64,000 bases of DNA from a virus (Duplodnaviria; Caudoviricetes), in IMG/VR virus record IMGVR_UViG_3300035204_001725, positions 366-64,365 of that record; one strand, given 5' to 3'. A model generated the notes under the pieces. It saw only the letters and a program-made list of their open reading frames with translations, made no database searches and was not told where the DNA came from. This document shows, one piece after another, positions 1 to 9,196 of the stretch (position 1 is its first letter; every line of letters begins with the position of its first letter). The position numbers and the translations under genes are program-made.

Positions 1-63
1 GATGGAGGTCCAAGAACTCTACTAGAAGGAGAAAAAACGAAAAGGACGAGCTTAAGAAAATGA
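1..63 (+). CDS. 3' end of a truncated upstream gene, possibly N-acetylneuraminate synthase (NeuB-like)
   Basis: Frame 1 reads DGGPRTLLEGEKTKRTSLRK*, and its TGA overlaps the next ATG (ATGA at 60-63). It loosely resembles the end of short NeuB proteins, and a NeuA gene lies nearby. Only 20 codons are visible. Confidence 0.3.
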   Translation, partial: DGGPRTLLEGEKTKRTSLRK

Positions 64-1088
64 AAAAAGCTTTACATGCGTATGCGGTAAATGGAAAGGC
101 TAATTCGGGAGACTTTTTCTTGGGACCAGCTACTCGTTGGCACTTTGAAAAAAATATTGCCCAAGAAGACCTTGAGTGGAGCAAAATAGACATCCGCAAC
201 TCTTTTTCTCATGGTGAGGCGGATTACGCTAATACTTTTGATTATTTCGTTGTCGGAGGCGGAGGCTTAATGTTACCGGACACAAACAAAAACGATATTT
301 CATGCTGGCAGTGGCCCGTAAATAATGACGCACTCAAAAAGATAACTACTCCTTTACATGTGGTAAGCATGGGGTATAACTTGTTTCATGGTCAACGAGT
401 GGGAGACAGCTCGAGCGACGATTGCCCAAGATACAAAAAGTTTAAGAAGAGTATCGAGACTCTCATCGATGTCAGCAATAGCTTTTCTTTGCGCCACAAT
501 GGCGACTGTGAGCGTTTAAAAGAAATAGTAGACCCCAAGTACCATAATAAAATTAAACTTGAATTATGCCCCACTATTGATTATTGTAAACACCGTATAT
601 CTACTGAAGATCTTCCTTCAGTTAAAAGAGATATTTATGCTTTCGAGATCAAAGACGATAGGCCCGAAAGAAGATATTACAATACGTCTAGATCAATCTT
701 TTATGAGCATTTAAAAAACTTTATTTTTCACTTATTGGATTTAAATAAAGAAGTATGCGTATTGTCTCATGATGGAAGCAGATCTTTCAGAGACTATTTA
801 AACAGTAATAACGTAAATGTTGGATTTATTGACAACTCTGTCGCTTCTGAAAAAGAAATTATATCCAATTATTTAAAAATTGAAAAGTTATTCTGCACGG
901 CAGGCCATAGTCAGATGATGGGCCACGCTTTGGGGTGCGATGTTATTAGTATGATAACTCACGAAAAACAAAAATATTTTTTACAAGATATAGGAGAATA
1001 TACGGATAATAAATACATAGACGTCAATCATGATACCGTATACAACAAATTAATATTTATATATGAACAACTTAAAAAAGAAAATTAG
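60..1088 (+). CDS. Polysaccharide pyruvyl transferase-like protein
   Basis: N-terminal N-x-GD, VVGGGG, SLRH and a C-terminal GH..M motif match this family; sugar-cassette context. Confidence 0.6.
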   Translation: MKKALHAYAVNGKANSGDFFLGPATRWHFEKNIAQEDLEWSKIDIRNSFSHGEADYANTFDYFVVGGGGLMLPDTNKNDISCWQWPVNNDALKKITTPLHVVSMGYNLFHGQRVGDSSSDDCPRYKKFKKSIETLIDVSNSFSLRHNGDCERLKEIVDPKYHNKIKLELCPTIDYCKHRISTEDLPSVKRDIYAFEIKDDRPERRYYNTSRSIFYEHLKNFIFHLLDLNKEVCVLSHDGSRSFRDYLNSNNVNVGFIDNSVASEKEIISNYLKIEKLFCTAGHSQMMGHALGCDVISMITHEKQKYFLQDIGEYTDNKYIDVNHDTVYNKLIFIYEQLKKEN

Positions 1089-1731
1089 AAAAGATGGCTT
1101 TATTGTCATAAAAGACTTTTTTAGCGAAGAAGAAGCCTCCAGATATAGGGCCCTGTGTGACAATTATTTTAATAACCATTCGTCCTTTCAGTGTGACGGG
1201 GGCAAAGTCGTACCCGGTTGGGCGGGGAACACTCCAGAGATGGAGGAACTAAACCTATTATATGAAAATTCAAAAATGACAGATATAGTGAGTGAAATCT
1301 TGGGTGACGCTTATCTATTCGCGGAACACTCAGATTTACATCAAGATAAAATAACAGGGTGGCATAGAGACACTTATGACTACCAAAGAGGGGGAGGAGT
1401 ATGGCCTCAATGGACCGAGGACTTTTTTGTAATCAAAGTCGCCTTTTTGCTTCAAGACCATTCCAGTAACGATCATGGATTATGGATGGACATTTATTCT
1501 CATAGATCAGAGGGGAGCCACAATCCAATATATATACCAAGTGGGCCGATGGATCTAATTATATTTGATCAAAAAATAAATCATAGAGGTCAATCAAGTC
1601 AATATCTCGATAAATATGGAGAGCATAGATACTTAATAACTTATGGGTATGGACTAGATAACGAACACACGTTAATGCACAATGCTGGATGTAAGAAAAG
1701 GCAGGACGCTCAAAGATTGGAAATGAAATGA
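1063..1731 (+). CDS. Phytanoyl-CoA dioxygenase-like 2OG-Fe(II) oxygenase
   Basis: DGFIVIKDFFS start, WHRD (HxD) and distal D..IF...I.HRG iron-binding motifs. Confidence 0.75.
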   Translation: MNNLKKKIRKDGFIVIKDFFSEEEASRYRALCDNYFNNHSSFQCDGGKVVPGWAGNTPEMEELNLLYENSKMTDIVSEILGDAYLFAEHSDLHQDKITGWHRDTYDYQRGGGVWPQWTEDFFVIKVAFLLQDHSSNDHGLWMDIYSHRSEGSHNPIYIPSGPMDLIIFDQKINHRGQSSQYLDKYGEHRYLITYGYGLDNEHTLMHNAGCKKRQDAQRLEMK

Positions 1732-2549
1732 AAATAGACATAGCAATGAACTTTAATGATCTAATTCCACCAACAGGTCATTCTATGGCCATGTGGAATA
1801 AGCCTCCGTATTATGAACAGTTGTTATCTTTAATAAAATCAATAAAATTAAATTGGGACAAGCAAGTTTATGATTATTCTATATATGTTTATTATTCAAG
1901 AGATCTAGCTAGAGAAAAAATAGAAGAACTACGATCACTGGGATGTCATACAGTTTTTAACCCAAGTGAAATTCAACCATACTTTAATAGAGAAAACGTA
2001 TTTTCGCATCAAACCGATGGGGATTTTACATTAAACCTAGATACAGATATGCTTGTTCTTAATACCCCCTCTTTAAGCTTTGAGCATGAAGTATTAATGA
2101 AACCAGCAGGGCACTCCGCAATGTCGCACGATAAATGGAGGATTGCGTCAGAAAAACTAGGAATAAAGCATGACCCGCGATCGTATCATCATTTTAACGG
2201 GGGGTGCATGCTAATTAAAAATGATTGTAAAAAAGTACTATACGACTGGTATGTGGACCCAGAGAACCTAAAGATACTAAGACTATTAGAAAAGTATGAC
2301 CGTCACTTTTCAGAGCAATTTTATTATAGCATCTTAATTAGAAGATTAGATTGGGGAATCTTAAATAAAAGGGTAAACGCTTATTCCGACTCTTTTGGAG
2401 AATATAGTTTAGACATGCCTGTAGATATCTTACATTATTTAGGGAAAAATGGCTATAACGAAAAGGTGGAGTCTTTAATTAAAGAAGTAGTGAGGGGTTA
2501 TATCTTGAACAGTCGAACCACAAAATCCAGAGGTTTTAATGTTGCATAA
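1728..2549 (+). CDS. GT-A fold glycosyltransferase (GT8-like)
   Basis: LDTDM DxD motif, FNGG, EQ and ILHY motifs in GT8 order. Confidence 0.65.
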   Translation: MKIDIAMNFNDLIPPTGHSMAMWNKPPYYEQLLSLIKSIKLNWDKQVYDYSIYVYYSRDLAREKIEELRSLGCHTVFNPSEIQPYFNRENVFSHQTDGDFTLNLDTDMLVLNTPSLSFEHEVLMKPAGHSAMSHDKWRIASEKLGIKHDPRSYHHFNGGCMLIKNDCKKVLYDWYVDPENLKILRLLEKYDRHFSEQFYYSILIRRLDWGILNKRVNAYSDSFGEYSLDMPVDILHYLGKNGYNEKVESLIKEVVRGYILNSRTTKSRGFNVA

Positions 2550-3168
2550 TCCTTATAAAGCGGTAAGGATGTTTGAAGAAGAAATCGCTTCTTATACTGG
2601 TGCACCGTATGCGATCTCCGTAGATAGCTGTACAAATGCTTTATTTCTTTGCTGTAAGTATTTAAAGGCCAAAGAGGTCACTATACCCAGCAAAACGTAT
2701 CTTTCTGTGCCTATGAGCATTATTCATTCGGGCGGAGAAGTCGTTTTCGATAAATCAAAAGAAACGAACAGTTGGTCAGGAACTTATCAACTTAAGCCTT
2801 ATCCAATATATGATGCAGCAAAGAAACTAACCTCTAACATGTATATAGAGGGTACTTTTATGTGCCTGTCTTTTCACATAAAGAAGCTCTTACCCATAGG
2901 AAAAGGAGGTATGATACTCACAGATAACGAAGGAGCCGTAGAGTGGTTTAAAAGAGCTAGGTATGAAGGTCGAAGTGAAAAATTTTACAAAGAGGATAGC
3001 GTAGAGAGTTTGGGGTGGAATATGTATATGACTCCCGAGCAAGCAGTGCGTGGATTAGCGCTTTTTCAGAATTACCCAGAGTACCAAAAAGACTTGGGCG
3101 AACCCGGAGGGTATAGAGACCTAACGGAATTCCCAGTATTTAAAAATTGTAAAATAATTCAATCATGA
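2539..3168 (+). CDS. DegT/DnrJ/EryC1/StrS-family sugar aminotransferase (short form)
   Basis: FEEEIASYTGAPYAISVDSCTNAL, YDAA and LSFHIKKLLPIGKGGMILTD (PLP-lysine loop). Confidence 0.85.
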   Translation: MLHNPYKAVRMFEEEIASYTGAPYAISVDSCTNALFLCCKYLKAKEVTIPSKTYLSVPMSIIHSGGEVVFDKSKETNSWSGTYQLKPYPIYDAAKKLTSNMYIEGTFMCLSFHIKKLLPIGKGGMILTDNEGAVEWFKRARYEGRSEKFYKEDSVESLGWNMYMTPEQAVRGLALFQNYPEYQKDLGEPGGYRDLTEFPVFKNCKIIQS

Positions 3169-3839
3169 CAAATAGTGAAGAAGATAGAGGATCATGGGCT
3201 CGATCGACGCCGAGAGAGTATGTCTTACCCGACGGAATGAGAACAAGATTCTATAACCCCCAGCCCTATGACGAAAGCGGAGATACGACCCTGTTTAGGA
3301 CCTTAGAGTGGCATCAAGAAAATGTTATTCCATTAATTCAACAAAATCTCACTAGTCGAAAATCAGTGTTGGATTTAGGCTGTGGAAATGGGAGATATAA
3401 TAAATTAACTCACGGAATATTTGAAAATATACTATGCGTTGACCCCATAGAAACTATGGATGAAAAATTTACATTTAGTAACACAAAATTTGAGAGAACA
3501 CACCTTCATGAACTACAGGGTAAATTCGATAACATATTAATGATCGGGCCTATGTGTGCTATATGGAAAAAATACGGGGAGGACACCATGAGATATTTGC
3601 ACTCCTTATTAAATAAAAACGGCTTGGTCTTTATGGAAATCGATGAAGCGAGCCCGTGCTCTTTTAAGCGATGGAACGCTCGCGGTCAGTCGCCCGTGTT
3701 TCATCCGGTCTTTGAATACCGACCTCCCGACGGGTGTTCTGGTCGATACAAACCAGTTATTAAATCCGAAGGATATCATTTCACAGCCAAGCAATATGAT
3801 TTATATCGGACGACCTTGGTCGTTTGGGAAAGTAAATGA
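3165..3839 (+). CDS. Class I SAM-dependent methyltransferase
   Basis: VLDLGCGNG motif I, FDNI motif and LL.KNG post-motif. Confidence 0.8.
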   Translation: MTNSEEDRGSWARSTPREYVLPDGMRTRFYNPQPYDESGDTTLFRTLEWHQENVIPLIQQNLTSRKSVLDLGCGNGRYNKLTHGIFENILCVDPIETMDEKFTFSNTKFERTHLHELQGKFDNILMIGPMCAIWKKYGEDTMRYLHSLLNKNGLVFMEIDEASPCSFKRWNARGQSPVFHPVFEYRPPDGCSGRYKPVIKSEGYHFTAKQYDLYRTTLVVWESK

Positions 3840-4519
3840 AAGCATCTAAAGAGCTCCTTAGTAAAACGTTAAGTATCTCCAAGTGGGTTGCGGCCAACAT
3901 GCATGGAAGGGACGAAGCGGAATTTAAAAGGATTTATCACTGTGATCATCACATAGCGCTATACATAAAAGACTATGTAATGAAGGAGCAGTGTAAAACC
4001 TATTTTGAAATAGGCGCGCATTTTGGGCATAGTATATGTACGCTCTTACAGAGTCAATACAAATCAAATTTTATTACTTGTGATTTATTTGATTCGGGGG
4101 CATCTAATTTTTATACCAACAAAAACGTTCAGCATTTTAACTCACACAATTATAATTGTGAGATCATTAAAGCCAACTCTAATGAAGAAGGAACAAGAGA
4201 TTTAGTAAATGACTCTTGTCCAGACGGAATAGATTTACTTTTTATAGACGGTGATCACAGGTATTGGGGTGTGACTAAAGATTTCCAGCTTTATTTTCCT
4301 TTGGTAAATTCAGGGGGGTATATAGTATTCGATGATTATTTACCCTTTTCTTGGAAAGGTAAAGAAAGAGAATGTCCGGTAGCCATTAGGGACATTATAA
4401 AAAAACACGAAGACGAACTAGAGATCATGGGTGAAGCAAAAAGTATTGATCCAGACGACTCTCTCGGCGGCACGGAGTCTATCAGGGACAATACTGCGTT
4501 TATAGTTAAAAAGAAATGA
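3836..4519 (+). CDS. SAM-dependent methyltransferase (Methyltransf_24-like)
   Basis: EIGAHFGHS, IDLLFIDGDH.Y and GGYIVFDDY motifs. Confidence 0.85.
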   Translation: MKASKELLSKTLSISKWVAANMHGRDEAEFKRIYHCDHHIALYIKDYVMKEQCKTYFEIGAHFGHSICTLLQSQYKSNFITCDLFDSGASNFYTNKNVQHFNSHNYNCEIIKANSNEEGTRDLVNDSCPDGIDLLFIDGDHRYWGVTKDFQLYFPLVNSGGYIVFDDYLPFSWKGKERECPVAIRDIIKKHEDELEIMGEAKSIDPDDSLGGTESIRDNTAFIVKKK

Positions 4520-5148
4520 AAACATGCACGGTCATATTAGCTAGGGGCGGAAGCAAGGGTATACCCAACAAAAACATAATTAAATTAAAAGGGTCGCCCC
4601 TTCTGCAATATGTAATTGATTCCTCCAGAGGGTCTGAGGTAGATGAAACATGGGTAAGCACCGATTGTCCATTAATAAGCGGCGTAGCCGACGGGTTAGG
4701 TGCACGTGTTATACGTAGACCGAATGAGATTTCCCAAGATCACTCGAAAAGCGATGAAGCGCTAATCCATTTTGCCGAAAATATAGACTTCGATATATTA
4801 GTATTTATTCAGCCCACATCACCCCTTCTTAAGCCGGGAGATATAAATCGAGGCTTGGGAATGATTGAAGACTACGACTCGGTATTCTCTGTCTATAAAG
4901 AGCATTGGATTCCAGAGTGGAATTTAGATGGGACACCGCACAACTGGGATTTAAACAGCAGGCCCATGAGGCAAGACGTTCCAGAAACTTACGTGGAAAA
5001 CGGAGCTTTTTATATTACCACTAAGGAAGCCCTATTAAGCTCTGGGTTGAGGTACAGCGGTAAAATAGGAATGGTGGAGATGCCGAAATACAGGAGTTTT
5101 CAAATAGATACGTTAGACGATTTGACTTTAATTGAAAAATTGTTATAA
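4516..5148 (+). CDS. neuA: CMP-N-acetylneuraminate (nonulosonate) synthetase, acylneuraminate cytidylyltransferase
   Basis: ILARGGSKGIPNKN, VSTD, QPTSPL, RQD, ENGAFY and IDT..D motifs. Confidence 0.9.
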   Translation: MKTCTVILARGGSKGIPNKNIIKLKGSPLLQYVIDSSRGSEVDETWVSTDCPLISGVADGLGARVIRRPNEISQDHSKSDEALIHFAENIDFDILVFIQPTSPLLKPGDINRGLGMIEDYDSVFSVYKEHWIPEWNLDGTPHNWDLNSRPMRQDVPETYVENGAFYITTKEALLSSGLRYSGKIGMVEMPKYRSFQIDTLDDLTLIEKLL

Positions 5149-5154
5149 TAAATA

Positions 5155-5820
5155 GTGAGAAAGTCGCATAAAGAACTAAAAAATATACACAAAGGAAAGG
5201 ATATATGGGTTGTCGCCGCTGGGCCTTCTATGAACTATGTTGATCCCGGTTTTTTTGATAAAAATAAGATAGTCATAGGAGTTAATAGAATTAGTAACTT
5301 TTTCAAATGCGACTATACCGTAAATAAAGATCATAGAGGGTTTGAAGAACTAAAAGAGAACTTAAACGAAACTAAGGTTATACTCTCTCAGTGGCGACAT
5401 GGAAATCCGGGTACTCAAGAAAATACTATAGATTGCGATTTCTATTTTTTTACTCACCCGAGCAAGCCCGAGGAACAGCCCGACCTAGACGTAATAGGAA
5501 CAGACGATATAGTTGTTAGTTGGTCTACAATTACTAGCGCTCTACATTTGGCAGCGTATATGGGAGCAAAAAACATATTGATTTGCGGACACGATTGTGG
5601 CGCGCTTAACGGAGAAATTACGGTTAAAGATTATTATAAAAATTTAAATCCCGACCAAGGAAACATTGACGTATATCACACTTGGTTAAAAACGAGTATA
5701 GAAGATCACACCATTAAGGTGAAAGAAAAAATAAAAGAAATATACGGAACAAATATATATTCACTAAATCCTTTTATTAATTTAGCGTTGGAAGGCAATA
5801 AATATGAAAGAAGAAGCTAA
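5155..5820 (+). CDS. Maf/DUF115-like glycosyltransferase-related protein
   Basis: H.GKDIWVVAAGPS, IGVN and ALHLAAYMGAKNILICGHD motifs; adjacent to neuA. Confidence 0.65.
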   Translation: MRKSHKELKNIHKGKDIWVVAAGPSMNYVDPGFFDKNKIVIGVNRISNFFKCDYTVNKDHRGFEELKENLNETKVILSQWRHGNPGTQENTIDCDFYFFTHPSKPEEQPDLDVIGTDDIVVSWSTITSALHLAAYMGAKNILICGHDCGALNGEITVKDYYKNLNPDQGNIDVYHTWLKTSIEDHTIKVKEKIKEIYGTNIYSLNPFINLALEGNKYERRS

Positions 5821-6484
5821 GCTAGACGTTATAGTAGCGACTTATCACCAAGACGAGCCGCTAAAGTGCCTTATTAATTGTTTTAAGTCACAGACTAGTC
5901 CAGATTGGAACCTGTACCTTATTCATGATGGTGAGGATGACGAATATCACAGAATTAAACAAACCTTGGTTGACGATAATTACATAAACCAATCCAACAT
6001 TGTCTTTGATCACACACCTAAAAAATCTGAAACTCCTTGGGGGCACGAAAGTAGGGATTATGGGATGACAAAATACATTGAGGCTAACTCTAATGTATTA
6101 CTTCACACAAATGGCGACAACTATTATGCTCCTATCCTTGTAAAATATGTTTTGGAACAGTTTTCCTTAAATCCAGACTTAAAGCTCTTTTATTGGAATA
6201 TGATCCATTCTCATAATAATCCGGGTCACCCCAATTTTTATCCACCGGGAGCAGGAAGTTATTCGCTTTTGTATACGGAACTACAGCATGCATATGTGGA
6301 TTTGGGTTGTGTTGCCATTAAAAATAGTGTAGTTAAAAATATAGGATTTAAACATAACGAGCACGACGGAGATTGGTTTTATTTTAATGACGCCTTGGAT
6401 ACTCTGCCACACAGCATAAGTGAAACAAAAACAGAAGAAACAGTAGTCTCAAAATCTCATAAAACATTACTTGTACATAACTAA
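5804..6484 (+). CDS. Glycosyltransferase family 2
   Basis: VIVATY, Q...W....IHDG, WGH..R..G, NGDNYY and DGDW motifs. Confidence 0.75.
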   Translation: MKEEAKLDVIVATYHQDEPLKCLINCFKSQTSPDWNLYLIHDGEDDEYHRIKQTLVDDNYINQSNIVFDHTPKKSETPWGHESRDYGMTKYIEANSNVLLHTNGDNYYAPILVKYVLEQFSLNPDLKLFYWNMIHSHNNPGHPNFYPPGAGSYSLLYTELQHAYVDLGCVAIKNSVVKNIGFKHNEHDGDWFYFNDALDTLPHSISETKTEETVVSKSHKTLLVHN

Positions 6485-7461
6485 TGAATTTATTAATTAC
6501 AGGCGGAGCGGGGTTCATTGGAGCCAACTTTCTTAAATACGTGCTAAAGAAAAGAGCGGGCTTTAAGCTGTTTGTTGTAATGGATAGTTTAACCTACGCT
6601 GCGGACTATGAAAACATAAGAGAAGACGTAGAAGACCACCCAAAACTAAAATTCGCCAACGTTGATATAACGGACTCTCGGTATGTGGATGCCACGTTTG
6701 TGAAATATGGAATTACTCACGTAATTCACTTCGCCGCAGAGTCTCACGTAGACAATTCTATTTTGGGTCCCCAAACCTTTATCGAGACTAACGTGCTTGG
6801 AACGCTTAATCTTTTAGAGGCAGCAAAAAAGTACGAAATACAAAGATTTCATCACATTTCAACCGACGAAGTATTCGGTCATCTAGAAAAGGAAGACAAG
6901 AAGTTTACAGAAGAAACACCATACGCTCCTAGGAACCCGTATTCTGCTTCTAAGGCGTCTTCTGATCATTTGGTACGATCATACTACCACACGTATGATA
7001 TGCCCGTTACGATATCAAATTGCTCCAATAACTATGGGCCCTATCAGCATGAAGAAAAATTTATCCCCACAATCATCAATTCTATATTAAAAAGAAAAAA
7101 GATACCTGTATATGGCCAAGGCTTAAACGTAAGAGACTGGATCCATGTCGAAGATCATTGCGATGCTTTGCTTACCATACTCCAGAAGGGCAGAGAGGGG
7201 GAAACGTATAATATAGGAGCAAATTGTGAAAAAAGAAATTTAGATGTCATTCAAGCCGTGTGCGATATTTTAAAAGTAGAGTCTGAAGACTGTACGGAAT
7301 TTGTTTGTGACAGGCTGGGGCATGACTTTAGGTACGCCATAGACGCAGCGAAGATTAGAAAAGAATTAAAATGGAAACCAAAAATAACCTTTGAAAAGGG
7401 TATAGCTAGAACAGTTGCTTACTATAAAAGTATATATGATACCGAATTTCGTGATTTATAG
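6484..7461 (+). CDS. rfbB: dTDP-glucose 4,6-dehydratase
   Basis: ITGGAGFIG, HFAAESHVDNSI, STDEVFG, YSASK, NCSNNYGPYQ, RDWIHVEDH and GHDFRYAID motifs. Confidence 0.95.
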   Translation: MNLLITGGAGFIGANFLKYVLKKRAGFKLFVVMDSLTYAADYENIREDVEDHPKLKFANVDITDSRYVDATFVKYGITHVIHFAAESHVDNSILGPQTFIETNVLGTLNLLEAAKKYEIQRFHHISTDEVFGHLEKEDKKFTEETPYAPRNPYSASKASSDHLVRSYYHTYDMPVTISNCSNNYGPYQHEEKFIPTIINSILKRKKIPVYGQGLNVRDWIHVEDHCDALLTILQKGREGETYNIGANCEKRNLDVIQAVCDILKVESEDCTEFVCDRLGHDFRYAIDAAKIRKELKWKPKITFEKGIARTVAYYKSIYDTEFRDL

Positions 7462-7462
7462 T

Positions 7463-7473
7463 GTGTAATATTA
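7463..7473 (+). promoter_or_regulatory. Putative phage late promoter (GTGTAATATTA)
   Basis: One of nine intergenic GTGTA(A/T)+AT-rich motifs that sit just upstream of start codons. Confidence 0.55.
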
Positions 7474-7477
7474 ATTA

Positions 7478-8260
7478 ATGCCTGCTAAAAAAACTAATGG
7501 TAAGGTTAAGATTAGGGGCGATAGAGAATTCGCTGACGATCTAAACGAAACGGAAAAAAAATTTGTTGTTGAAAATCCAATCAAAAGACAAATTAAAATT
7601 AACCAACTACCGTGGACCGAGAAACAAAAAGAGTTTTTTAGAATAGCATTAGACTATAATACCAAAATAGTCTTTGTCAATGGACCAGCGGGCACATCCA
7701 AGACGCTTTTATCCGTTTACTGCGGGCTGCAGCTTTTAAATATGAAAGCTATTTCAGATATTATGTATTTGAGATCAGCCGTAGAGAGTTCTGAATCTAA
7801 ACTGGGTTTTCTCCCGGGATCAGCGGACGATAAATTAAAATTTTATAACTTGCCATTTTTAGATAAGCTAGACGAGTTATTAATAACTACCAAACCCGAA
7901 AAGCTAGAAGAGGAAAAAAGAGTTTCTATGTTTCCAGTGAACTTCGCAAGAGGCATGAACTGGACAGGAAAGTGTATTATTCTAGACGAAGCGCAGAACT
8001 CTACACTAAAAGAGATCGTAACCGTGCTTACAAGAATGGGACCGGGCAGCAGGTGCTTCGTGTTAGCGGACCCCATGCAAACAGACCTAAGGGGGGAGTA
8101 TAATCAAGGAGCTTTCGAAAAGCTAGAAAATATATTTTCTGACGACGAAAGCGCAGCAATGGGGATATATAATTTTAATTTTACTGAAGAGGATATTATG
8201 AGATCTGAATTGGTTAAATTTATCGTTCAAAAACTTAGTAAACAGGAGGAAGAAGAATGA
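7478..8260 (+). CDS. phoH: PhoH-like ATPase
   Basis: GPAGTSKT Walker A, LGFLPG, RG, IILDEAQN, LTRMG, DPMQTD, F..EDIMRS.LV. Confidence 0.9.
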   Translation: MPAKKTNGKVKIRGDREFADDLNETEKKFVVENPIKRQIKINQLPWTEKQKEFFRIALDYNTKIVFVNGPAGTSKTLLSVYCGLQLLNMKAISDIMYLRSAVESSESKLGFLPGSADDKLKFYNLPFLDKLDELLITTKPEKLEEEKRVSMFPVNFARGMNWTGKCIILDEAQNSTLKEIVTVLTRMGPGSRCFVLADPMQTDLRGEYNQGAFEKLENIFSDDESAAMGIYNFNFTEEDIMRSELVKFIVQKLSKQEEEE

Positions 8261-9063
8261 GTGAAGAAATAATTAAAAGAACCAAAAAAGAAATAGAACT
8301 TGATGTAAAAATAAAACAGGCCGAGCTGGACCAAAAACTGGCAGAAATCGATAAGACTAAGGCTGAAACTGAAAAAATGCAGAGTGAGTCCGGGAAGGCC
8401 TACCTTGAATACGAAAAAGCTTTATCTTCTAGAAACAAAGATACCTACTCAGACGAAGAAAATAATTTATATAGATTTTCTAAAGACGTTTCTCACCACT
8501 CTGTTCAGGCCTGTATGAGCAAGCTCACCCAGTGGCATCGCAAGGATCCGAAATGTAAGATAGAAATAGTCTTCTCTTCTCCCGGAGGAAGCATTATCGA
8601 TGGATTTGAATTATTTGATTTTATTCAAGAATTAAGAGCCAAAGGGCACCATATCACCACGGGGTCGTTAGGAATGGCTGCGTCCATGGCTGGGATCCTT
8701 CTTCAAGCTGGGAGCACCAGATGGATTGGTCATCAGGCTTGGATGATGATTCACCGTGCGGCCTTCGGGGCAATCGGCAAAACTTACGAAGTGGAAGACG
8801 AAGTAAGGCTAGTTAAAAGAATTGAAGAAAGATGCTTAGATATTTTTGTATCTCGTTCAAATCTAACCAAAATTAAAATTAAAAGAAACTGGGACCGCAA
8901 AGATTGGTGGATAGACGCAGACGAAGCCGTAACACTAGGCCTAGTAGATGAAGTCCGAGCGATGATGCCCGAACACCAAATCAACAATAAAAAACCTGCA
9001 ACGAAAAAAGCTGCACCCAAAAAGAAAGTAAAAAGAAATGTACGGAAATCTAAAGGATCCTGA
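8257..9063 (+). CDS. clpP: ClpP-family serine protease with an N-terminal coiled coil and basic tail
   Basis: SSPGGSI.DG, GMAASMA (catalytic Ser), MMIH (His), DWW..A.EA...GLVD. Confidence 0.85.
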   Translation: MSEEIIKRTKKEIELDVKIKQAELDQKLAEIDKTKAETEKMQSESGKAYLEYEKALSSRNKDTYSDEENNLYRFSKDVSHHSVQACMSKLTQWHRKDPKCKIEIVFSSPGGSIIDGFELFDFIQELRAKGHHITTGSLGMAASMAGILLQAGSTRWIGHQAWMMIHRAAFGAIGKTYEVEDEVRLVKRIEERCLDIFVSRSNLTKIKIKRNWDRKDWWIDADEAVTLGLVDEVRAMMPEHQINNKKPATKKAAPKKKVKRNVRKSKGS

Positions 9064-9196
9064 AAAATACGGAGCATGGACTAGAGCTATAAAAGCTTGG
9101 TTAAAAAAAATTTTTAATAAAGCTAGACATTGGGTTTGTAAGGTGGGACTTTGTACTTTAGACAAGTGCGGCTGCCTTTGTCATAAAGAAAAATGA
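9038..9196 (+). CDS. Small Cys-rich hypothetical protein (52 aa; below the ORF-track cutoff)
   Basis: MYGNLKDPEKYGAWTRAIKAWLKKIFNKARHWVCKVGLCTLDKCGCLCHKEK*. It fills the gap after clpP, and its TGA overlaps the next ATG (ATGA 9193-9196). Confidence 0.6.
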   Translation: MYGNLKDPEKYGAWTRAIKAWLKKIFNKARHWVCKVGLCTLDKCGCLCHKEK

